Shown here: positions 8,941-16,315 of the stretch, in pieces
How the letters are laid out: every line of letters starts with the position of its first letter
Numbering within the stretch: position 1 is the first letter of the stretch
From: Solirubrobacterales bacterium
GTDB taxonomy: Bacteria > Actinomycetota > Thermoleophilia > Solirubrobacterales > 70-9
NCBI GenBank assembly: GCA_050697195.1
Contig: JBOGZL010000404.1
Coordinates: 1-42,769 of the forward strand
Direction: 5' to 3'
DNA length: 42,769 nt
The notes under the pieces: model-generated
Seen by the model: only the letters and a program-made list of their open reading frames with translations
Databases searched by the model: none
Told to the model about the DNA's origin: nothing
Translations under genes and position numbers: made by a program

Positions 8941-9861
8941 ATGAACCCGGCGATCACCCGACCCCAACTCGTGCTTGCGGCGGCCGCGATCTTCGCGCTG
9001 CTCGTCGGGTCGCTTGCGGCCGCGTCACCGTCTGCCGCCGGCGATCGCGCCACGGCGAGCGCGAGCGTCAAGAAGAAGCTCAAGAAGCTCAACAAGAAGG
9101 TGACCCTGCTCCAGCAGGAACTCGACGAGGTGTCGAAGCAGCCCGGGCCGCAGGGCGCCCAGGGCCCGCCAGGCGCCCAGGGGCCGCAGGGACCCGCGGG
9201 CACGGCGCCCGTCTGCGCCGGGAACAGCGCGACCGACCGGATGGTGGCGGCGGGCGCGGTCTGCATCGACCGCTACGAGGCGAGCGTGTGGTCGCAGCCC
9301 AACGGCGGAACCCAGTACGGCGTCTCCTCGGACGACTACCCGTGCGGCGACGACGGCCAGGACTGCGACGACATCTACGCCCGCAGCGTCGCCGGGGTTC
9401 CCCCGTCGCGCTTCATCTCCTACTTCCAGGCGCAGCAGGCGCTCGCCAACTCCGGCAAGCGCCTGCCCACCAGCGCCGAGTGGCAGCAGGCCGTCGCCGG
9501 AACCCCTGATCCCGGGGCAAGCCCGGGGTCCGAGGACTGCAACACCAGCTCCCCCGGGCCGGAGGCGACCGGAGAGCGCACGAACTGCATCTCGACCTAC
9601 GGCGCCAACGACATGGTGGGAAACCTCGGCGAGCACACCGCCGACTGGGACGAGCAGGCGGCCAACGCCTGCGCCAACTGGATAGGCGGCGATATCGCCT
9701 GCCTCGGCAGAGCCTCGGAGGAGGCCTCCTCCCACCTGCCGGGTGTTCTGCAGCGTGGCGGCGGCTTCGCGAATGGCACCACCGCGGGGCCGTTCCTCGT
9801 CGGCGCTCAGGGCGGAGCGGCCGGAGGGACCAACACCGTGGGCTTCCGCGGAGCCCGCTAG
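8941..9861 (+). CDS. secreted coiled-coil / collagen-like repeat / FGE-sulfatase (SUMF1, C-type-lectin-fold) domain protein
   Basis: GGGAGG Shine-Dalgarno 7 nt upstream. Signal peptide, then KKKLKKLNKKVTLLQQELDEVSK, then GPQGAQGPPGAQGPQGPAG (6 G-X-Y). FGE-type motifs follow: CIDRYEASVW, GKRLPTSAEWQQA, MVGNLGEHTADW, RGGGF, VGFRGAR. Confidence 0.7.
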   Translation: MNPAITRPQLVLAAAAIFALLVGSLAAASPSAAGDRATASASVKKKLKKLNKKVTLLQQELDEVSKQPGPQGAQGPPGAQGPQGPAGTAPVCAGNSATDRMVAAGAVCIDRYEASVWSQPNGGTQYGVSSDDYPCGDDGQDCDDIYARSVAGVPPSRFISYFQAQQALANSGKRLPTSAEWQQAVAGTPDPGASPGSEDCNTSSPGPEATGERTNCISTYGANDMVGNLGEHTADWDEQAANACANWIGGDIACLGRASEEASSHLPGVLQRGGGFANGTTAGPFLVGAQGGAAGGTNTVGFRGAR

Positions 9862-9903
9862 CCGGCGTGTGACGACAGTTCATTCGACAAGGAGGCAACG
9901 AGA

Positions 9904-10410
9904 ATGAGAGCAGCGATCGAGCGTCCGGGCATGCGGCTGTGGTTGGCGATGGCGATCACAGCGGCGGTCGCGGCGTTGACGATGACGTTCGCCGACGGCG
10001 CCGAGGCGAAGAAGAAGAAGAAGGCGTTCAAGCCCGGCAGCTACGTGGGCCGGACCAGCCAGGATGAGCCGATGGGCTTCGAGGCGACGAAGAAGGAGGT
10101 AACCGGCCTGTACCACGAGTTCTTCAGCCCCTGCAACCCGCCGATCCCGGGCTGCGGCAGCACCGGCTACGCGGGTCTCACGGCCGAGATCACGACCAAG
10201 CGGAAGAAGGGCACGTTCAAGGCGCTCAGCCCCGCCGACGGCTACTACGGGCATGTCGAGGGCACGCTGAAGGGGAAGAAGGCGAAGGGGACGGCTGTAT
10301 TCGACGCCACGCCCGACCCCGAGCTCCCTGCGCTTCCCGTGTCGTGGGTGGCGGTTCGCTGCAAGAGCCCGACCGCACCCTGCCCACCTCCCCCGCCTCC
10401 GTCTCCCTGA
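9904..10410 (+). CDS. hypothetical secreted protein, Lys-rich, Pro-rich C-terminus
   Basis: AAGGAGG Shine-Dalgarno upstream. Signal-like MRLWLAMAITAAVAALTMTFADGAEA, a KKKKK run, and C-terminal PCPPPPPPSP. No family recognised. Confidence 0.55.
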   Translation: MRAAIERPGMRLWLAMAITAAVAALTMTFADGAEAKKKKKAFKPGSYVGRTSQDEPMGFEATKKEVTGLYHEFFSPCNPPIPGCGSTGYAGLTAEITTKRKKGTFKALSPADGYYGHVEGTLKGKKAKGTAVFDATPDPELPALPVSWVAVRCKSPTAPCPPPPPPSP

Positions 10411-10422
10411 GCACATGGTCGG

Positions 10423-10447
10423 CGCCGGGGCCCGCATGGCCCCGGCG
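10423..10447. terminator. bidirectional hairpin between convergent genes
   Basis: Perfect 10-bp stem CGCCGGGGCC / GGCCCCGGCG with a 5-nt loop. It lies between the stop at 10410 (+) and the stop at 10459 (-). Confidence 0.5.
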
Positions 10448-10458
10448 TCGGCCGATGC

Positions 10459-10941
10459 TCACGGAGTGAAGGGGCCGGACTCCGTCTGCGTGCAGAGGAG
10501 CTTCTTCGGCGGCTTGCCGAACCTGAACTTGGTGACGGTCTTCTTGCCGACGCCGACGATGTAGGTCCGCCCCGGGACGGCGCCCTCGAGGCCGAACTTG
10601 CCCTTCTTGGTCGTCTTCTCGGTGTCGATGAACACGAGGCCGCCGAACGTGACCTGGAGCAGGCTCGCGAGCCGGCCCTTCTCGCACTTGCGCTTCTTCG
10701 ACTTCACCCCACCGGTGACGTTCCCGGTGAGGCCCGCAAGCTTCACCTTCGAGCCGACCGACTTCGCGCTCGAGTGGGCCCTGGGGTTCGTGTCGTAGGC
10801 ATGGCGCTTCACCTCCGAGCCGGCGGTGGGGCCGGCCGCCGCGACACCGATGCTCAGCGTGAGCGCCGTGGCGAGGACGAGCGCGCCGACCGTCGCCACA
10901 GCCGGCATCAGCCCCGACCCCAGAAATCCGGTGCGTCTCAT
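10459..10941 (-). CDS. hypothetical secreted protein (Lys-rich, possibly a prealbumin/carboxypeptidase-regulatory-like beta domain)
   Basis: Internal ATG at 10941 is preceded by GGGGGAACG (Shine-Dalgarno) and gives MRRTGFLGSGLMPAVATVGALVLATALTLSIGVAAA. Contains TTKKGKFGLEGAVPGRTYIV. The upstream 50 codons of the ORF are Arg-rich filler. Confidence 0.55.
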   Translation of the reverse strand: MRRTGFLGSGLMPAVATVGALVLATALTLSIGVAAAGPTAGSEVKRHAYDTNPRAHSSAKSVGSKVKLAGLTGNVTGGVKSKKRKCEKGRLASLLQVTFGGLVFIDTEKTTKKGKFGLEGAVPGRTYIVGVGKKTVTKFRFGKPPKKLLCTQTESGPFTP

Positions 10942-11101
10942 CGTTCCCCCTAGTCGTAGTTTTCGCCCCCCGCACGACTGCTCGCATCCTAACCCCGGGG
11001 CACGCCGGGCTCGGCCCGCCGGGACTCTGCGAGCAGCTCGCGCGACTGCCCGGACACGCTTTCGGCGCGATGTGGGCGTAAAGTGTGGCAATACCCAGGT
11101 C

Positions 11102-11107
11102 TATACT
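11102..11107 (+). promoter_or_regulatory. candidate -10 box (TATACT) for vapBC; near-leaderless
   Basis: TATACT lies 8 nt before the vapB ATG (11116). Only a weak AGGA lies between them. Confidence 0.3.
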
Positions 11108-11115
11108 CATTAGGA

Positions 11116-11373
11116 ATGGCGAAGGTGATGATCTCCGTGCCAGATGGGCTGCTACGTCGAATCGACCGCGCCGTGCGCACCCGGAGCACGACCCGAAGCG
11201 GCTTTCTGCGTCGCGCCGCCGAGCGTGAGCTCGAGGCTCCGACACCCGAGTCCGTCAGCCGGGCGCTCGCGGAGGGCCAGCGTCTGTTCGCGGACGAAGG
11301 GGGCTTCGACTCGACGGAGCTGATCGGCGAGGCCAGGAGGGAACGCACGCGGCGTGACAAGGATCGTGTGTGA
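11116..11373 (+). CDS. vapB: ribbon-helix-helix (CopG/VapB-type) antitoxin
   Basis: MAKVMISVPDGLLRRIDRAVRTRSTTRSGFLRRAAEREL is an RHH motif. It overlaps the downstream PIN gene. Confidence 0.75.
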   Translation: MAKVMISVPDGLLRRIDRAVRTRSTTRSGFLRRAAERELEAPTPESVSRALAEGQRLFADEGGFDSTELIGEARRERTRRDKDRV

Positions 11374-11791
11374 CGCGAACGTCGCCCTGAAGTGGTTCCA
11401 CTCACACCGTGAGCCCGAGGCTCGCGAAGCCCGCGCTCTCGCGCTTGCGGCGGGCGAGGGCACGCTCGAGCTCCGGGTCCTCGATCTCACCTACCTCGAG
11501 ATCGGCAACGCCCTCGCGACCAAGCTCCGGTGGGCCGCGCGGAGGATCGCCGCCTTGCTGGCCCAGCTCCCGGCGATCACCGGCGAGCCGCTTCGGCTCT
11601 CGATGAGCGACATGTTCGTCTCGGCCGAGCTGGCGACAAGTCACCGCCTCACCTTCTACGACGCGGCCTACTGGGCGGCCACGCGGGCGCTCGAGGCCGA
11701 GCTCGTGACGATGGACTCCGCGCTGCTCGCCGCCGGGGCGGGCGAGACGCCTGCACGACTCTGCGAACGGCTCGGACTCGCATCCGGCTAG
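11354..11791 (+). CDS. vapC: PIN-domain ribonuclease toxin
   Basis: IVCDANVALKW (first acidic residue), TFYDAAYWAAT, LVTMDSAL. Start is GTG at 11354 or 11366, overlapping vapB. Confidence 0.8.
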   Translation: MTRIVCDANVALKWFHSHREPEAREARALALAAGEGTLELRVLDLTYLEIGNALATKLRWAARRIAALLAQLPAITGEPLRLSMSDMFVSAELATSHRLTFYDAAYWAATRALEAELVTMDSALLAAGAGETPARLCERLGLASG

Positions 11792-12792
11792 GCACGGTTC
11801 TGGCATTCCAGCAGCGCCCTGAGCGTGGCGACGACCTCCTCGTTGTCATTGACGAGCTGGCGCCATGTGAATCTCACGACCATCCACCCGGCGAGCAGCA
11901 GTCGCCGGTCGCGTGCGCGGTCGCGCTCGAACGCCTGCCGCGTGCGATGGACACGATGACCGTCGGTCTCCACGATCAGCCGCTGCTCGGGCCACACGAA
12001 ATCGACCTCGACGCCGTCGCCGTCGCCCAGCCGGACCCACGCGTTCACCCGTGGCCTCGGAAGAGCCGCGGCGCCACAGATCGCGAGGAAGCGCTCCTCA
12101 AGCTCGCTCCGGGTGAGGCTCTCGCCGGGCCGAGCCCCCGAGACGATCCCGCGAAGCACGGCGCTGCCGGGGCGGCGGAACGAGCGCGTGAGGACGGCTT
12201 CGACCGCGCTGACATCGAGGACGCCCAGCACCTCCGCCTGCTCGTAGGCTCGCTCGACCGAGCGCCGCTCCACGACCCCGGCGAGGTCGAGCAGCGTGCG
12301 CGCCACCGAGGTGCAGGGGATGCCGTCTACTCTCGTGACGTCGTCCGACTCGAGCGTCCCCGCTCGGTGAACGTCGACCCAAGCTCGGTCGCGTGCGGGG
12401 CGGCTTAGGGCCGCGACGTCGATCGCGGCACGGGAGCTGGGCAGGAGCCCCCACAGTGCCGCCGCCGAGCGATGCGAGAGGACGGCGCGAGGCCCGCAGG
12501 CCAGCACGGCCGCCATCCACCGGCCTCGGGCCGAGAGCAGGGGATGCCCGACCGCGTACACACCGGGGTGGAGTCGATGGAGCCGCCCCGCGGCAACGCG
12601 GCTTCGCACGCCGCTCGCTGACAGCCCGAGGTCGCGAAGCTGGGCGAGCGCAGCCACTCCGTGCTGCCGCGCGGCAAGTTGCGCGATCTCGGCTTCGCGG
12701 CGACGTTGGGCATCTCGCGTCCCGGATTTCGTCGAAATATGCCCGTCGCCGTTGATGTGGGCGAGGATCGGGTACGCCGGCGCCCTCATCAA
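11788..12792 (-). CDS. DUF559 (Vsr-like endonuclease fold) protein with AbiEi-like N-terminal wHTH; paralogue of 38427..39332
   Basis: C-terminal RLIVETDGHRVHRTRQAFERDRARDRRLLLAGWMVVRFTWRQL. N-terminal QHGVAALAQLRDLGLSASGVRSRVAAGRLHRLHPGVYAV. Start is TTG at 12792 or ATG at 12789. Its stop overlaps the vapC stop (CTAG). Confidence 0.75.
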   Translation of the reverse strand: MMRAPAYPILAHINGDGHISTKSGTRDAQRRREAEIAQLAARQHGVAALAQLRDLGLSASGVRSRVAAGRLHRLHPGVYAVGHPLLSARGRWMAAVLACGPRAVLSHRSAAALWGLLPSSRAAIDVAALSRPARDRAWVDVHRAGTLESDDVTRVDGIPCTSVARTLLDLAGVVERRSVERAYEQAEVLGVLDVSAVEAVLTRSFRRPGSAVLRGIVSGARPGESLTRSELEERFLAICGAAALPRPRVNAWVRLGDGDGVEVDFVWPEQRLIVETDGHRVHRTRQAFERDRARDRRLLLAGWMVVRFTWRQLVNDNEEVVATLRALLECQNRA

Positions 12793-12797
12793 TACGC

Positions 12798-13295
12798 GTG
12801 TGTGGCAAGACGTACGCTGCGGAGCGCCGAAACGCGGAGCGTCGAAAGGAAGGGCACGCGCCCGCGAGGGCGAAGCAATCGGGCGTGAGCCCGCGCGAGA
12901 TCCGCCGCAGGCTGCCGCTCGTGATCCCGCTCGCGGCGGGGGTCGTCCTCGTCGCGGGCGGCGCCCTGGCGGCGATCGAGACCGACACCGTGAGCGACTA
13001 CGGCGAGGGCCTGTGGTGGGCGGTGTCGCTGATGAGCACCGTCGGGTTCGCGGGGGACACGCCGCAGACGACAGGCGGCCGGGTGGTGTCGGGGTTCCTG
13101 ATGCTGTTCGGGTTCGCGACCCTCAGCCTCGTGACCGCGTCGCTGGCGTCGCTGCTCGTCACCGAGGAGGAGGAGCCGGAGCTCGAGGCGGTGCGCGTGT
13201 CGGAGCACGAGGTGCTCGCCGAGCTGCAGCGGGTTCGCAGCCGGCTGGACGCGCTCGAGGCTCGGATCTCGGGACGAGCCGGCGAGGCTGACTAA
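12798..13295 (+). CDS. two-TM potassium-channel-like protein (Ion_trans_2) with an atypical filter
   Basis: LWWAVSLMSTVGFAGDTPQTTGGR is a pore helix plus filter flanked by two hydrophobic helices. Start uncertain: GTG at 12798 or GTG at 12885. Confidence 0.7.
   Translation: MCGKTYAAERRNAERRKEGHAPARAKQSGVSPREIRRRLPLVIPLAAGVVLVAGGALAAIETDTVSDYGEGLWWAVSLMSTVGFAGDTPQTTGGRVVSGFLMLFGFATLSLVTASLASLLVTEEEEPELEAVRVSEHEVLAELQRVRSRLDALEARISGRAGEAD
12819..12847. repeat. two tandem near-identical 14-15 nt units GCGGAGCG(C/T)CGAAA
   Basis: Units at 12819-12832 and 12834-12847. Located in the divergent region or 5' end of the channel ORF, where they encode AERRN/AERRK. Confidence 0.8.
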
Positions 13296-13705
13296 GTCTC
13301 GCTCAACCCCGCCGCCCGCAACGCCTTCGCGCGGTCGCCGTAGTTCTCGCACCGCACCGGCGTCTCGCCCCTGAACCTCCACACCTGGTGCCAGGGGGAG
13401 GTGATCGGGACACCGCTCTCCGCCCCCTTGCCGTGGAGGGTCCCGAGCATCACCACGGCGTCGTCGCCTTTGTGGAACTCCTCCGGTTCGATCCGGAACT
13501 CGTGCCAGCGGGTGTGGACGTCGTTCCAGTACGCCATGATCTCCGACTTCCCCCGGTACACGCGCCCGTCGGGGAGCACACCGGTGGTGTCCCACTCGAA
13601 GCCCGGGTCCACGGTGAGGAGCTCCAGCCCGCGCTCGAACTCGCGGCGATTGAACGCCTCGATCCCACGGCGAACAAGCTCGATCCTGTCACTGGTGTGG
13701 GTCAC
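13292..13705 (-). CDS. SnoaL-like / NTF2-family protein
   Basis: 137 aa. IELVRRGIEAFNRREFE..., YRGKSEIMAYW..., typical ketosteroid-isomerase-like layout. GTG start. Confidence 0.7.
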   Translation of the reverse strand: MTHTSDRIELVRRGIEAFNRREFERGLELLTVDPGFEWDTTGVLPDGRVYRGKSEIMAYWNDVHTRWHEFRIEPEEFHKGDDAVVMLGTLHGKGAESGVPITSPWHQVWRFRGETPVRCENYGDRAKALRAAGLSET

Positions 13706-13715
13706 GGGCCGAGCC

Positions 13716-13721
13716 TATACT
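13716..13721 (+). promoter_or_regulatory. candidate -10 box (TATACT), near-leaderless aminotransferase start
   Basis: TATACT lies 8 nt before the ATG at 13730, with no Shine-Dalgarno between. Confidence 0.3.
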
Positions 13722-13729
13722 CGCCCACG

Positions 13730-14830
13730 ATGGCCGACGAGGTGATCAGCTTTGCCCGCGGCGCGCCGAGCGCCGACATCCTTCCCGCCGAGGCCGTCCG
13801 GGCGGCAGCCGAGCGCGCGCTGACCGACGACTGGGAGCGGGCGCTGTCCTACGGGAAGGGCGCGGGCCATCCGGGGCTGCGGGAATGGGTCGCGGAGGCG
13901 CACGACCTCGAGCCCGAGCAGGTGATGATCACGAACGGCTCGATGGAGGGCGCGGCGTTCCTGTTCGCGCACCTCGTCGCGGCCACCGACCCCGTCGTGG
14001 TCGAGCAGCCGACCTACGACCGCACTCTGCTGCTGCTCACTCGCGGTGGGGCGAAAGTCACCGGCGTCCCGCTCGCCGAGGACGGGATCGACGTCGGGAA
14101 CCTGGAGGCGGCGCTCGACCACGAGACGCCGAAGCTCGTCCACGTGATCCCGAACTTCCACAACCCGGCCGGCTGCACGCTCTCCGAGCAGAAGCGCCAC
14201 CGGCTCGTCGAGCTCGCCGCCGAGCACGGGTTCACCCTGTTCGAGGACGATCCCTACCGCGAGGTCGGGTTCTCGGGCCCCCCGATGGTGACGATGCTCG
14301 ACCTCGACCGCTCCGACCGCGTTATCTACGCGTCCTCGTTCTCGAAGACCGTCAGCCCCGGGGTGAGGGTCGGCTACCTCGCCGGTCCCGTGGAGGCGAT
14401 CGCGGCGCTCGCGAAGCGCGCGAACGAGACCTACATCTCGCCGAACATGCTCGCCGAGTCGATCGTGTGGGAGCTGTGCCGCTCGGGTGGCCTCGCGGAG
14501 AACACCGAGGTCGTGAAGAGCGCGCTGCGTGAGCGTCGCGACGCACTGACCGGGGCGCTCGCCGACGACCTCCCCGAGGCGGAGTTCGTCGTTCCCGAGG
14601 GCGGCTACTTCCTGTGGCTGACGCTCAACGACGACGTCGACGCGTCGGCGCTGCTCAGCGCGGCGGCCGAGGAGCGGGTCGCGTTCGTGCCCGGGGCCGA
14701 CTTCCTGCTCGAGGGCGGGCGGTCGAGCCTCCGGCTGTCGTTCGCGGGCGTCCCGCCGGACCAGATCCCGGAGGGCGTCTCGCGACTGGCCCGGGCGCTG
14801 GAGCGGATCCGCGCCCCGAGCCCGGCATGA
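13730..14830 (+). CDS. PLP-dependent aminotransferase (class I/II, 2-aminoadipate/MocR-type fold)
   Basis: MADEVISFARGAPSADILP..., PNFHNPAGCTL, and PLP-Lys motif SSFSKTVSPGVRVGY. The upstream part of ORF 13388.. is antisense to the SnoaL gene. Confidence 0.85.
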   Translation: MADEVISFARGAPSADILPAEAVRAAAERALTDDWERALSYGKGAGHPGLREWVAEAHDLEPEQVMITNGSMEGAAFLFAHLVAATDPVVVEQPTYDRTLLLLTRGGAKVTGVPLAEDGIDVGNLEAALDHETPKLVHVIPNFHNPAGCTLSEQKRHRLVELAAEHGFTLFEDDPYREVGFSGPPMVTMLDLDRSDRVIYASSFSKTVSPGVRVGYLAGPVEAIAALAKRANETYISPNMLAESIVWELCRSGGLAENTEVVKSALRERRDALTGALADDLPEAEFVVPEGGYFLWLTLNDDVDASALLSAAAEERVAFVPGADFLLEGGRSSLRLSFAGVPPDQIPEGVSRLARALERIRAPSPA

Positions 14831-16269
14831 ATCCCGGGACGACGACGGCGGTGCAGGGCACCCGCCGGCTCGGGTTCGAGAACCTCGACGAGGAGGTCGC
14901 CGTCGATCGCCTCGAGCTCCGCGGCGAGTTTCCGGAGTGGCTGGCGGGCTCGCTGGTCCGCGTCACACCGGCGCTTCTCGACGTCGGCGGCAAGCCCCTC
15001 CGCCACTGGTTCGACGGGATCGCGATGCTGAACTCGTTCTCGTTCGAGGGCGGCGCGGTCTCCTACGGAAGCCGCTTTCTGCAGACCGACGCCTATCGCC
15101 AGGCGCGGGCCGGGAAGCTGGACATGTTCGGCTTCGCCCACGATCCGTGCCGGTCGCTGTTCAAGCGCGTCACCACGATGTTCTCCCCGCCGCGAAACGA
15201 CAACACGAACGTCAACCTCTCCCGGCTCGGGGAGAGCTACATCGCGATGACCGAGCTCCCGCTCCCGGTCGAGTTCGACCCCCGGACTCTCGAGACGGTC
15301 GGCCTCGTCGAGTGGAAGGACGAGCTCGGCGGCCAGGTGACGACCGCCCATCCCCACCTCGATCGCGACCGCGGCGAGCTCGTGAACTACGTCGCCCGCT
15401 TCGGGCCGCGCACCAGCTACAGGGTGTTCGGCGTTCCGCCGGGCTCGCGCTCGAGGCGTGAGATCGCCTCGATCCCGGTCCGCGAGCCGGCATACATGCA
15501 CAGCTTCGGGATCAGCGAGCGCTACGTCGTCCTCGCCGAGTTCCCGCTCGTCGTGAACCCGCTTCGTCTCGCGACGAGTGCGCTCGCCGGGCGCCCCTTC
15601 ATCGACAACTACGAGTGGAAGCCCGACCGCGGCACGCGGTTCCTGGCGATCGATCGCGCGACCGGGGAGCTGAGGGGCCCGTTCGAGGCCGAGCCGTTCT
15701 TCGGCTTCCACCACGTGAATGCGTTCGAGCGCGACGGCGAGCTGGTGGTGGACCTGATCGCGTACGAGGACGCCTCGATAATCGACGTGCTCGAGATCGA
15801 GCGCCTCCGCGACCCCGAGGGCGGGCTTCCGGGCGGCCGCCTGCGCCGCTGCCGGGTGCCGCTCGCGGGCGGCCAGGTACGAACCGAGCCCCTCGCCGAC
15901 GCCGGAATGGACCTGCCCCGGATCAACTATCGAAGCCGCAACGAGCGCAGCTACCGCTACGCGTACGGCGCCGGGCTACGCGACGCGGACAGCGACTGGT
16001 TCGACCAGATCGTGAAGGTGGACGTGACGAACGGCGAGGTGAACGCGTGGTTCGACGACGGGTGCTATCCGGGCGAGGCGGTGTTCGTGCCCGCGCCCGA
16101 AGCGGACGCGGAGGACGAGGGCGTCGTGCTCTCGGTCGTCCTCGACCCGGCCGCCGGGCGCTCGTTCCTCGTGGCGCTCGACGCCGGCAGCTTCGAGGAG
16201 CTCGGGCGGGCGGCGGCGCCCCACCACATCCCGTTCGGCTTCCACGGGCAGTACTTCCCCTCGGACTGA
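14827..16269 (+). CDS. carotenoid cleavage oxygenase family (RPE65/lignostilbene dioxygenase-like) non-heme Fe(II) dioxygenase
   Basis: Its ATG overlaps the aminotransferase stop (ATGA). All four His motifs are present: TAHPHLD, YMHSFGISERY, FGFHHVNAFE, FGFHGQYF. Confidence 0.9.
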   Translation: MNPGTTTAVQGTRRLGFENLDEEVAVDRLELRGEFPEWLAGSLVRVTPALLDVGGKPLRHWFDGIAMLNSFSFEGGAVSYGSRFLQTDAYRQARAGKLDMFGFAHDPCRSLFKRVTTMFSPPRNDNTNVNLSRLGESYIAMTELPLPVEFDPRTLETVGLVEWKDELGGQVTTAHPHLDRDRGELVNYVARFGPRTSYRVFGVPPGSRSRREIASIPVREPAYMHSFGISERYVVLAEFPLVVNPLRLATSALAGRPFIDNYEWKPDRGTRFLAIDRATGELRGPFEAEPFFGFHHVNAFERDGELVVDLIAYEDASIIDVLEIERLRDPEGGLPGGRLRRCRVPLAGGQVRTEPLADAGMDLPRINYRSRNERSYRYAYGAGLRDADSDWFDQIVKVDVTNGEVNAWFDDGCYPGEAVFVPAPEADAEDEGVVLSVVLDPAAGRSFLVALDAGSFEELGRAAAPHHIPFGFHGQYFPSD

Positions 16270-16281
16270 AGTCGAGACCAC

Positions 16282-16307
16282 CGGCAAGTTCGCTCGCGAA
16301 CTTGCCG
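16282..16307. terminator. bidirectional hairpin between convergent genes
   Basis: CGGCAAGTTCGC-TC-GCGAACTTGCCG is a perfect 12-nt inverted repeat followed by ATTTG. It lies between the stops at 16269 (+) and 16316 (-). Confidence 0.55.
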
Positions 16308-16315
16308 ATTTGCTC

